64,000 bases of DNA from an uncultured Acidobacteriota bacterium. Lineage in GTDB: Bacteria; Acidobacteriota; Thermoanaerobaculia; Gp7-AA8. Shown here one piece after another: positions 1-9,032 of this stretch. A program made the translations under genes and the position numbers. The stretch's first letter is position 1. Every line of letters begins with the position of its first letter. A model generated the notes under the pieces. The model ran no database searches. It was given only the letters and a program-made list of their open reading frames with translations, and was not told the origin of the DNA. Where the stretch lies: contig CAWGHO010000001.1 in assembly GCA_963822445.1 (NCBI GenBank), positions 416,001-480,000 on the forward strand, given 5' to 3'.

Positions 1-211
1 GATGACCCGACTTCGAGTAGGCGGAGATGTAGTCGGTGACCGGGCACGCCAGGTGTCACGTCACCGGGATGTACGCGACGTTGAGCTTCCGCTCGCTCTC
101 CGGCAGCCGGTCATTGAGCAGCACCGTCCAGTCGACGTTCGCGGTCATATGCGCCGCGGTGATGAGAACTACCCAGGCCGCGATCATGTAAGCGATTTTG
201 CGCGATGTCAT
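1..211 (-). CDS. ABC transporter substrate-binding protein, 5' part, with in-frame TGA (putative selenocysteine) at codon 52; runs off the window
   Basis: RBS GGGAGGTG, then ATG at 211. Hand translation: MTSRKIAYMIAAWVVLITAAHMTANVDWTVLLNDRLPESERKLNVAYIPVT-TGA(56-58)-HLACPVTDYISAYSKSGH. Hydrophobic N-terminus; follows the permease/ATPase/permease genes on the same strand. Not in the ORF track. Confidence 0.75.
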
Positions 212-231
212 TTGTTCACCTCCCTTCGGTC

Positions 232-308
232 GAGTTACGGGGTTTCGAGGTTACGGGGTTACGGGGTTTCTCCTCCTCGTAACCTCGTAACCCCGCAACC
301 TCGAAACC
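232..308. repeat. Hairpin of tandem 8-mers (GGGTTACG-type left arm, CGTAACCC-type right arm)
   Basis: GAGTTACG GGGTTTCG AGGTTACG GGGTTACG ... CTCGTAAC CTCGTAAC CCCGCAAC CTCGAAAC; same family as 37597-37686. Confidence 0.85.
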
Positions 309-1033
309 TAATCATTGAACGCCCACCTCACCCTCCTCGCCTTCTCCATCCTCTGAATGGCCATGTCCAGTGCGAGGCCGATCACTCCGATCAGGAGCAT
401 TCCTCCGACGACCAGGTCATAGCGCTTGCCCGCGTTGCGGGCGTCGATGATGAGGTAGCCGAGGCCGGAGTCGACGGCGATCATTTCGGCGGCGACGAGA
501 ACCAGCCAGGCCACGCCGAAGGCGATGCGCAGGCCGACCACGATGCGCGGGAGGATGGCCGGGAAAATGACCCGGACGATCAGCGCGCCCGTCGAGAGGC
601 CGAAGTTGCGGCCGGCCTGCACGTACATCGGCGGCACGTTGCGCACGCCGTTCATCGTCGCCACCACGATCGGGAAGAACGACGCCAGGAAGATCAGAAA
701 AATCGGCGCGAGATTGCTGACGCCGAACCAGATCACCGCGAGCGGCATCCAAGCCAGCGGCGAGATCGGCCGGAGCATCTGGATGACCGGATTCGCCGCG
801 CGCGAAAGGGCACTCCACCACCCCAGGGCCAGGCCGGTCGGCACGCCGAGGATCACCGCGGCGAGGTAACCGCTCCCGACGCGGAAGAGCGAGTCGGCGA
901 TGTACGCGGCGAGATGCGGCAGCTCGCGGAGGCCTTTGAGCACGTCCAGCGGCGACGGAAAGATCGTCGTGCCGGTCAGAAGAACGGCCGTCTGCCAGAT
1001 GGCGATCACGATCAATGGCACGAGCACTCTCAT
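308..1033 (-). CDS. ABC transporter permease, SsuC/TauC/NrtB type
   Basis: Hydrophobic; LRPISPLAW, EAA-like loop, VAAEM..GLG motifs. Confidence 0.9.
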   Translation of the reverse strand: MRVLVPLIVIAIWQTAVLLTGTTIFPSPLDVLKGLRELPHLAAYIADSLFRVGSGYLAAVILGVPTGLALGWWSALSRAANPVIQMLRPISPLAWMPLAVIWFGVSNLAPIFLIFLASFFPIVVATMNGVRNVPPMYVQAGRNFGLSTGALIVRVIFPAILPRIVVGLRIAFGVAWLVLVAAEMIAVDSGLGYLIIDARNAGKRYDLVVGGMLLIGVIGLALDMAIQRMEKARRVRWAFND

Positions 1034-1794
1034 ACCTGGTGGGCCAGTCCGATCTCGCCGAAGATCTCATCGCGGCAGGCGATGTAGCGCGGGTCGCTGA
1101 GATCGCGGGGATGCTCGATGCCCACGTCCACGATCCGCTGCACGCGGCCGGGGCGGGCGCTGAGCACGACCACGCGATCGGCGAGCTGCACCGACTCCTC
1201 GATGTCGTGCGTCACGAACAGAATCGTCTTGCGCTCGGCCTCCCAGATCCGCAGCAGTTCGCGGCGCATCTGCAACCGCGTGATCGAATCGAGCGCGCCG
1301 AACGGCTCGTCGAGATAGAGCACGTCGGGATTCACAGCCAGCGCGCGGGCCACTTCCAGCCGCTGCTTCATGCCGCCGGACAGCTCGCGCGGATACGACT
1401 TCTCGAATCCGCGCAGGCCGACCATGGCCACGTAATGCGCGACCCGCTCGCGCTGCTCCTTCTCATCGAGGCGGAAGAGACCGAAGGAGATGTTCTGCTC
1501 GACGGTGAGCCACGGAAAGACGCCGCGCTCCTGGAAGACGAAGATGCGGCGCGGATCCGGCTCGGTGACCCGCTCGCCGTCGATCGTCACCTCTCCCTCC
1601 GTCGGCGTGATGAAGCCGCCCACGATGTTCAGCAGCGTCGATTTGCCGCAACCCGACGGGCCGAGGATGCAGACGAATTCGCCTTCGTGGACGTCGAGGG
1701 TGATGTCGTCGAGGACGCGCATGCCCGCAAGGGCATCATGGCCAACGGCCCCGAAGTTCATCCCCACGTTGCGGAAACGGACCTTGGTCGTCAC
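1030..1794 (-). CDS. ABC transporter ATP-binding protein, SsuB/TauB type
   Basis: GPSGCGKST, LSGGMKQR, YLDEPF, VTHD; GTG start overlaps the upstream permease stop (GTGA). Confidence 0.92.
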   Translation of the reverse strand: MTTKVRFRNVGMNFGAVGHDALAGMRVLDDITLDVHEGEFVCILGPSGCGKSTLLNIVGGFITPTEGEVTIDGERVTEPDPRRIFVFQERGVFPWLTVEQNISFGLFRLDEKEQRERVAHYVAMVGLRGFEKSYPRELSGGMKQRLEVARALAVNPDVLYLDEPFGALDSITRLQMRRELLRIWEAERKTILFVTHDIEESVQLADRVVVLSARPGRVQRIVDVGIEHPRDLSDPRYIACRDEIFGEIGLAHQV

Positions 1795-2547
1795 TCGGCC
1801 GCGTACCCCCAGCGCACACCCGGCAATCGCTCGAAGCGGCGCATGATCAGATCGAGGACCACTCCGATCAGGCCGATGAGGATCATTCCGGCCACGACCA
1901 TGTCGTAGCGATTGCCGGCATTGCGCGCGTCGATGATCAGAAATCCGAGTCCCGAGCTCACGGCGATCATCTCCGCGGCCACGACCACCAGCCAGGCGAT
2001 GCCGAGGGTGATGCGCATGCCGACGAGGAGCTGAGGGAGGATGGCCGGGAGCACGACGTTGCGGACCAGCTCGCGGTGCGTGAGACCGAAGTTGCGGCCG
2101 GCGGCGAGATGGATGCCCTCGATGTTGTGCACCGCGTGAATGGTGGTCAGGGTCAGCGGAAGCGCCGAGGCGAGGAAGATCAGGAAGATCGCGGCGGTGT
2201 CGCCGACGCCGAACCAGAGGATGGCGATGGGGATCCAGGCCAGCGGCGAGATCGGCCGCAGGAGCTGCAACATGCGGGTTGATCGCCATCTCGCCGCGGC
2301 GCCAGAGGCCGAGGAGAACGCCGGCCGGAACGGCGATGAGGAGCGCGGCGAGATATCCCCAGGTCACGCGATAAAGCGAGGCCACCACGTAGCGGAAGAG
2401 CAGGCCGCGCTCGGCGAGCTCGACGATCGCGCGCGCCGCTTGCGCGGGCGTGGGAACCAGCGTCCCCGCCGACCAGGCCACCGCGAAATGCCAGGCGGCC
2501 ACGACCAGAGCGAGACCCGAGAACGGAAGGAGATACCGCGAAAACAT
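1791..2547 (-). CDS. ABC transporter permease, second paralog; frameshift near 2275
   Basis: N-half MFSRYLLPF..AINP lies in ORF 1030..2619 and C-half MLQLLRPISPLAW in ORF 1791..2273; one extra base, probably a sequencing error. Confidence 0.85.
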
Positions 2548-2588
2548 GGACTGATTTCGAACGGCGGGGAGGGTAACACGTCCGCTTT

Positions 2589-2604
2589 CGTGACCAGCGT
2601 CACA
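2589..2604. promoter_or_regulatory. CRP/FNR-family operator-like site
   Basis: CGTGA-CCAGCG-TCACA, 9/10 match to TGTGA-N6-TCACA, in a divergent intergenic region. Confidence 0.55.
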
Positions 2605-2618
2605 TAGCGTCAATGACA

Positions 2619-2634
2619 CGGCACCTGCTTTGCT
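2619..2634 (+). promoter_or_regulatory. Putative sigma54 -24/-12 promoter for the REC-GGDEF gene
   Basis: CGGCAC-CTGCT-TTGCT (GG-N10-GC). Confidence 0.5.
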
Positions 2635-2665
2635 CCCGTGCCCGCCGATGGCGACGCGTGACGAG

Positions 2666-3617
2666 ATGCCCTCGAGACGAAAAAACGATTACGAGCCCGA
2701 GTCCCTCCCCCTTCGCGTTCTTGCGGTCGACGACGACGGTTCCTATCTGCGCCGTCTGAAACTCGTCCTGACGCGCGCCGGTTTCGATGTGACCACGGCC
2801 GATGACGGCGCCACGGCCATCGAGCGCATTCGCGCCGATCGCGACATCGCCGTGCTGGTCAGCGATCTGTCCATGCCGGGCATGGACGGCATCGAGACCG
2901 TTCGCCGCGCCCGCGAAGCGTCGGCGTTTCCCGGGCTGTACACGATCCTGCTCACGGCGACGGATGGCGTCGAGGTGAAGCTTCGCGCGCTCGACAGCGG
3001 CCTCGATGATTTTCTGACCAAGAGCTCCTCGGACTCGGAGATCGTGGCCAAGCTGCGCAGCGCCGCACGGCGTTTGACGATGGAGCGGCGGCTGCAGGTC
3101 GAGAACGAAGAGCTGCAGACGCTGGCCCTCACCGACGAGCTGACCGGCGTCGCCAATCGGCGCGCCCTCTTTCGCGAGGCCGACGCCGATTCTCGGAGCG
3201 GGACGCGGCTTGAGCGTGGTGCTCTTCGACCTCGATCGCTTCAAGCACGTCAACGACACGTACGGTCACCTGATGGGCGACCGCATCCTCGCCGACGTCG
3301 CCGCCGCGCTGAAGCTCGACACGCGCGTCGGAGACGTGATCGCGCGCTACGGCGGCGACGAGTTCGTGCTCTTGCTGCCCGATACGCGCGGCGACGAAGC
3401 ACGGGCCATCACCGGGCGCATCGTGCGGCGGATTTCCGATCTGCGCTGGGTGATGGGGGACTACGTCGTGACGTCGAGCGTGAGCACGGGCGTGGCCACG
3501 TCGGGATCGGCGAGCACGATCGCCACGCTGCTCGCGGAGTGCGACGCGCGGCTGTACGAGGCGAAGAACGCGATGGATGAGGAAGAGGACGAGCGGGATC
3601 TTCAGTTGCCGATCTGA
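2666..3617 (+). CDS. Response-regulator diguanylate cyclase (REC-GGDEF); frameshift near 3190
   Basis: REC (VLAVDDD, SDLSMPGMDG), DELTGVANRR, then DLDRFKHVND and YGGDEF in the next frame. Confidence 0.88.
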
Positions 3618-4413
3618 TCGTCGTAGAGATACTTTTCTCTGACCTCGGCTGACCACTCGGAATTCGGGTCGATGGCCAGGTAGTCCTTCCAGGCTTGGTC
3701 TGTATATAGGATCGTGGCGCGCGTCCAGGCGATGTTCGGCGATTTTTTCAACTGCCAGGCGCGCTCGATCGTCTCCTTGGCCCGCGGGTCCTGAGTCTCG
3801 TAATACGCCGCGGCGAGGTCGTTCAGAACGTCCGGATTAGTGGGCGTCTGGGCGACGGCCTTTTCGAGGAACTCGACAGCGACTTTCTTGAAGTCAGCGT
3901 TATCCACCAGCAGGCAGGCTACCCCCGCGGCGTGGAGATTGGCAGCAGTCTCGCGCTTTTCGGCAATGTCAGCGAGTCGCACCGCCTCGGTCATCATGCT
4001 CGACTCAGCCTGCTGCTCGTCTTTGCCTCCTCGAGGATTGCTGCGGTCCTTGTAGGCGATCTCAATGCTTGGTCGTGCGGCGATTGAACGCTCCCTCAGA
4101 TTCGCGCTGGCCGCGGTGATCTTCCGGAGGGATCGCTCCGCCAGAATCCGTCGGCCGGTCCAAGGAACACGGCGGCCGCAATCGCCGCTGCCGCGGCCAG
4201 CGTCGCCGCCGGAATCAGCCAGGAACGCCAGATCGGAACGACCTTCCCCTCGTGGTCTGCCTCCTCGGCAATCTCGTGTGCTGTCTGGAACACGTCGCGG
4301 CACTCGCTGCAGGTCGACACGTGCTCGAGCACTTGCTGTCGCGCGTCGCCTGTCAAATGGCCATCAATGAAAGCGGCCAGGGTTTCGTCGGCAGGGCAGT
4401 TCGGCATCATCAC
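3602..4413 (-). CDS. zf-HC2 anti-sigma factor with TM segment and C-terminal TPRs; frameshift near 4140
   Basis: CPADETLAAF..HVSTCSECR (ZAS motif), hydrophobic segment, TPR-like NPDVLNDLAAAYY. Confidence 0.75.
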
Positions 4414-5296
4414 GGGAGCGGTCTCCTCAAGCCTCTCTTACCCCGTCTGTCACCGTTCCCACCTGAACCCTGAGAGGGACGAAAAGGGGCGATTTCCTTG
4501 GTCCTTCCAAGAAGATTGAGATTTATCTCCTGATCTCCTCTGCTGAGCAGGGCGGCGACTTCGTCTTTCGCCTACACCGGCGCGCTCCAGGGCGGGGCGC
4601 ATCACCCCGCAAAGCTTGTCCAGCCGCTTGTACAGCTTCTTCTGCTCGACGTGCAGACGGCGGGCGATGTCCGGCACTTTCAGGCCGTCCCAGAAGCGCA
4701 TATGCAGTAACAAGCGGTCCTCGGCGTCCATCTTCTCGAGCAAACCATCGAGCGTGCTCGCCGCCTTCCGAGCGGACCGCTCCCGGTCCGCCCTCTCCAC
4801 CCGATCATCGGCCTCGGCGTCGACCGACGCCGCATCCGACGAGATCTCGCCGGAGACCTCAATCGGCCGCGGCGCGCGATGCGGCAGGCGGATGTAGATC
4901 GCTTCGAGCTCGGCCGGCGTGTACTGAAGCCGCCCGGGGTGGTGAGCTCCTTCACCGCCTCATCGAAGGTGTAGCCGTCGCGGGTCATCAGCCGTTCGAG
5001 GGCGATGGCCTTTTCACCGAGGCGTTTCGCCTCCGCCGACGGTCGCCACTTGCCCCATAGCTCGACGCGGTACTGGTAGAAAAGACGCTTGATGACCGTG
5101 GTCAGGTAAGTCGTGAGCTTGCTTTCTCCCTGGAACTTGCGGATGACCGCGTAATCGTCATCGAACAACCGGACGCACACTACCTGGATGAATTCCTCCG
5201 CTTCGGATGCGTTGAGATGGTTCCTCCGCGCCACGAACGCAGCGATGCGCTTGATCCTGTCGAGGTTCTCTAGGTAAAGCCTTCCGGAGTACTCAT
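4410..5296 (-). CDS. ECF sigma-70 factor, split by several frameshifts
   Basis: Region 2 (AEEFIQVVCVRL..KLTTYLTTVIKR) and region 4 (EDRLLLHMRFWDGLKVPDIARRL) lie in different frames; abuts the anti-sigma gene. Confidence 0.78.
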
Positions 5297-5369
5297 GATC
5301 CTGTTCTGACGCTTATCGGGGACGGAATGCAGTCTAGCAGGCAGCACGGGCCTTGCAGCGGCCGCAGCG

Positions 5370-5669
5370 ATGCAGAGAACGATCGAGCGCACCGACTGGC
5401 CGGTTTTCTTCGAGACTTTCACGATGCAGCACGACCATTGGCTGGTCAGCGTCGATGGAGAGCGGGAGTCCATGCCCCTGGAAGGGATCATCGCCCGCGA
5501 CGACGGCCGGGTAACCATCACCCTCGGCGGCGACATCAGCCATCACCGCCGGATCGTCATCGACGCGGCGGCGGTGCGGGTCGACGAGAACGATGTCGAG
5601 ATCGAATCGACGGACAAGCACGTGACCCGATTGGCGTTGCGCGCGGCGCTTGACAACAATCAACTTTAG
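5370..5669 (+). CDS. Hypothetical protein, DUF5335-like
   Basis: N-terminus TIERTDWPVFFETFTMQHDHWLV resembles this family (from memory). Confidence 0.55.
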   Translation: MQRTIERTDWPVFFETFTMQHDHWLVSVDGERESMPLEGIIARDDGRVTITLGGDISHHRRIVIDAAAVRVDENDVEIESTDKHVTRLALRAALDNNQL

Positions 5670-5680
5670 ACTTAGTCTAA
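5650..5680 (+). promoter_or_regulatory. Sigma70 promoter overlapped by a 7-1-7 Fur/PerR-type operator
   Basis: TTGACA(5650)-17 bp-TAGTCT(5673), 7 nt before the GTG; perfect palindrome TTAGACT-T-AGTCTAA at 5666-5680. Confidence 0.75.
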
Positions 5681-5685
5681 CTCTC

Positions 5686-6094
5686 GTGAACCCGCAGGAG
5701 CTCCTCGAAAAAGCCGGCATTCAGGCCTCCGCACAGCGCGTGGCCGTTGCCGACTACGTCCTGCAGACGCACGAGCATCCATCGGCCGACCTGGTCTGGA
5801 AGCGGGTGCGCGAGAAGTTTCCCTGGATCTCCCGGGCCACGGTCTACAACACCCTCAACCTCTTCGTCGAAAAGCGGCTGCTGCAGCGGCTGAACATCGC
5901 CGAGGATTCGGTGGTGTTCGATCCCATCGTCGAGACGCACCATCACTTCATCGACGAGAACGACCGGCACCATTCACGACGTGCCCTGGGACAAGGTCCA
6001 GGTCTGCAACATCGAGTCGCTCCGCGACTTCGACGTCCACGACTACCAGGTGGTCATGCGCGGCAACGTGAAGTCCCCGCGCCGCAAGCGCTAA
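5686..6094 (+). CDS. Fur-family repressor (PerR/Irr-like); frameshift near 5962
   Basis: HPSAD, ISRATVYNTL, THHHFIDE; C-terminus TGTIHDVPW..VVMRG in the shifted frame; upstream of ahpCD. Confidence 0.88.
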
Positions 6095-6112
6095 AAAATT
6101 TTGCCAACTGAC

Positions 6113-6127
6113 TTAGATCACGTCCAA
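6113..6127. promoter_or_regulatory. Second, degenerate Fur/PerR-type box upstream of ahpC
   Basis: TTAGATC-A-CGTCCAA matches 10 of 14 arm positions of the 5666 palindrome. Confidence 0.5.
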
Positions 6128-6163
6128 AACTGGACGATGTAAACAAAAGGAGAATCGCAAACG

Positions 6164-6701
6164 ATGTTGACCGTTGGTGACAAGTTTCCCGAATTCAAGC
6201 TGAACGCAAACGTGAGTCGTGAGAAGGGCAAGGAGTTCAAGGAAGTCTCGAGCAGGGACTTCGCCGGAAAGTGGCTGGTCTTCTACGCCTACCCGAAAGA
6301 CTTCACCTTCATCTGCCCGACCGAGATCGTCGAGTTCGGCAAGCACACCAAAGACTTCGCCGACCGCGACGCCGTGGTCCTAGGCGGCTCGACCGACAAC
6401 GAGTTCTCGCACCTGGCGTGGCGCAATGCCCATCCCGACCTGGCCGACCTTCCCACCCCGCTCGTGCACATCAAGCCGGAGCTCGCGTCGCAGCTCGGCA
6501 TCATGCACAAGGAAGATGGCGTGGCCCTGCGCGTGACGTTCGTCGTCGACTCCGAACGGCATCATCCGCTCGGTCGCCGCGTACGACCTGTCCGTCGGTC
6601 GCAACGTCGGCGAGACGCTGCGCACGCTGGACGCGCTTCAGACCGACGAGCTCTGCCCCTGCAACTGGCAGAAGGGCGAAGACACGATCAAGGTGGCGTA
6701 A
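6164..6701 (+). CDS. ahpC: Peroxiredoxin AhpC; frameshift near 6552
   Basis: YPKDFTFICPTE peroxidatic motif; ELCPCNWQKG in the shifted frame; RBS AAGGAG. Confidence 0.93.
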
Positions 6702-7235
6702 ATGAGTGCACTGGAAGCGTTGCGCGACACGATTTCCGAACCGGCCCGGGACATCAAGCTGAACCTGCAGAGCGTGCTGCAGCCGGGCTCACTCACTGCC
6801 GCGCAGCGCTGGGGAGTGGCGATCGCTTCGGCGGTCGCCGCTCGCAACACCTCGCTGCGCGACGCGCTCATCAGCGACGCGCGGGCCGAGGTGGGGCCGG
6901 AGGTCATCGATGACGCCCTGGCCGCCGCGTCGCTGATGGCCATGAACAACGTGTACTACCGCTTCCGCCATCTCGTCGGGAAGCCGTCGTACTCGCAGAT
7001 GCCGGCGCGGCTGCGCATGCAGCGCATCGCCAAGCCGGCTACGAACAAAGCGGACTTCGAGCTGTTCTGCCTGGCGGTGAGTGCCATCAACGCCTGCGAG
7101 ATGTGCATCCGCTCGCATGAGGACGTGGTGATCAAAGCCGCGCTGACCGAGGAGCAGGTGCATGATGCGGTGAGGATCGCGGCGGTGGTGAATGCCGCCG
7201 CGGTGGCGTTGGAGTCTAGGAGTGCGGCGGCATAG
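6702..7235 (+). CDS. ahpD: Alkyl hydroperoxide reductase AhpD
   Basis: MAMNNVYYRF, SAINACEMCIRSH (CxxC..H). Confidence 0.93.
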   Translation: MSALEALRDTISEPARDIKLNLQSVLQPGSLTAAQRWGVAIASAVAARNTSLRDALISDARAEVGPEVIDDALAAASLMAMNNVYYRFRHLVGKPSYSQMPARLRMQRIAKPATNKADFELFCLAVSAINACEMCIRSHEDVVIKAALTEEQVHDAVRIAAVVNAAAVALESRSAAA

Positions 7236-7284
7236 CCGCCGCTTTGCGATACCAAAGCGGTGGCTAAACGCCACCGCACTCCTA
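7217..7284. repeat. REP doublet (inverted pair of GGAGTGCGG palindromes)
   Basis: TAGGAGTGCGGCGGCATAGCCGCCGCTTT ... AAAGCGGTGGCTAAACGCCACCGCACTCCTA. Confidence 0.8.
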
Positions 7285-7316
7285 AACGTGGCGTACCTAC
7301 TGCACCCGTCCGCACC

Positions 7317-8999
7317 GTGAACCGCCGTCGTGCAGTTGGTGCGGAAATCGTCGATGGCGGCGTCCACTTTCGCGCGTGGGCGCCGTCGCAAACCGAAGTC
7401 GCGGTCGTCATCGACGGCCGCGATTTTCTTTTGCAACGCGAGCCGGACGGGTACCACTCGGGTGTAGTCGCGGAGGCAGGAGCCGGAACGTTGTATCGAT
7501 TCAGGCTCGAGGACGGCGACTATCCCGATCCCGCATCGCGCTTTCAACCGGACGGCGTGCACGGTCCGTCGCAGGTCATCGATCCGGCGTTCGCCTTTCG
7601 CGATTGGCCGGGCCTTCCGCAACAGCGCGTGCTGTACGAGATGCACATCGGCACGTTCACGCCCGAGGGAACGTATGCCGCGGCGATGCAGCACTTCCCC
7701 TTCCTCGCGGACCTCGGCATCAACGTCATCGAGCTGATGCCGGTGAATGAGTTCCCCGGCGAGTTCGGCTGGGGTTACGACGGCGTCGATCTCTGGGCTC
7801 CTACGCGTCTGTATGGCACGCCCGACGACCTGCGCCGCTTCGTCGACGAGGCCCACGCCAACGACATCGCCGTGATCCTCGACGTCGTCTACAACCACCT
7901 CGGTCCCGACGGGTGCTACCTCGCGAAATTCACGAAGGACTACTTCACCGACAAGTACGAGAACGAATGGGGCGAGGCGATCAACTTCGACGGCGAGAAC
8001 GCGCACGGCGTGCGCACGTTCGTCCTCGAGAACGCCGCGTACTGGATCGACGAGTATCGATTCGACGGCCTGCGCGTCGACGCCACGCAATCGATCTTCG
8101 ACGACTCGAAGCAGCACATCCTGTGCGAGATCACCGACGCGGTCCGCGCCGCCGCGAACGGACGCGCGACGTTCGTCGTCGCCGAAAACGAGCCGCAGGA
8201 CACGCGCCTCCTTCGCGAATACGGCTTCGACGCGATGTGGAACGACGACTGGCATCACGCGGCGATGGTCGCCGCCGGCGGCAGACGCGAGGCGTACTAC
8301 ACCGACTACGCCGGCACGCCGCAGGAATTCGTCTCGATGGCGAAGCTCGGCTTTCTGTATCAGGGGCAGTGGTACTCGTGGCAGAAGCAGCGCCGCGGCA
8401 CGTCCTCGATCGACATCCCATCCGAGCAACTCGTCGTCTACCTGCAGAACCACGATCAGATCGCGAATTCCGAGCGCGGTCAGCGCACGCATCATCCAGC
8501 CCTCATTGCCCTGCTCCTGCTGCAACCGCAAACGCCGATGCTTTTCCAGGGGCAGGAGTTCGCGGCTTCGGCGCCCTTCACCTACTTCGCCGATCACAAG
8601 CCCGAGCTCGCGGAGAAGGTCGCGAAAGGCCGGCACGAGTTTCTAGAGCAATTTCCTTCGATCAAAGGAAAAGAGCTGCCTCTGCCGCATGACCGCGCCA
8701 ACTTCGAGCGCTGCAAGCTCGATCACTCCGAGCGTGAAAAACACGCCGAGGTCGTCGCGATGTATCGCGAGTTGCTACGCCATCGCCGGGAGATGCCCTT
8801 CAGCGCCCGTATGGAAGGCGCGGTTCTCGGCGAGAAGGCGCTGGCCCTCCGCTGGTTCGGCGACGACCCTCGCCTGCTGCTGGTGAATTTCGCCGGAAAA
8901 GTCGACGTGAATGCCTCGGGCGAGCCGCTGCTCGCGGGCGACTGGCAGGTGCTCTGGAGAGCGGAGTCAGCCGTTCTGCTGGGTCCGAAAAAGGCGTAG
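7317..8999 (+). CDS. treZ: Malto-oligosyltrehalose trehalohydrolase (GH13)
   Basis: PDPASRFQPDGVHGPS, WGYDGV, DVVYNHLGPDG, GLRVDAT, QNHDQ; GTG start at 7317 preferred because the longer ORF start lies in the REP. Confidence 0.9.
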   Translation: MNRRRAVGAEIVDGGVHFRAWAPSQTEVAVVIDGRDFLLQREPDGYHSGVVAEAGAGTLYRFRLEDGDYPDPASRFQPDGVHGPSQVIDPAFAFRDWPGLPQQRVLYEMHIGTFTPEGTYAAAMQHFPFLADLGINVIELMPVNEFPGEFGWGYDGVDLWAPTRLYGTPDDLRRFVDEAHANDIAVILDVVYNHLGPDGCYLAKFTKDYFTDKYENEWGEAINFDGENAHGVRTFVLENAAYWIDEYRFDGLRVDATQSIFDDSKQHILCEITDAVRAAANGRATFVVAENEPQDTRLLREYGFDAMWNDDWHHAAMVAAGGRREAYYTDYAGTPQEFVSMAKLGFLYQGQWYSWQKQRRGTSSIDIPSEQLVVYLQNHDQIANSERGQRTHHPALIALLLLQPQTPMLFQGQEFAASAPFTYFADHKPELAEKVAKGRHEFLEQFPSIKGKELPLPHDRANFERCKLDHSEREKHAEVVAMYRELLRHRREMPFSARMEGAVLGEKALALRWFGDDPRLLLVNFAGKVDVNASGEPLLAGDWQVLWRAESAVLLGPKKA

Positions 9000-9032
9000 T
9001 GGTTGCACTGTGAAGCGACTCAGGAGCTCAAC

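Noticed and set aside
1030-2619. Apparent 529-aa permease-ATPase fusion
   Set aside because: Artefact of a one-base frameshift near 2275; the permease and ATPase are separate genes.
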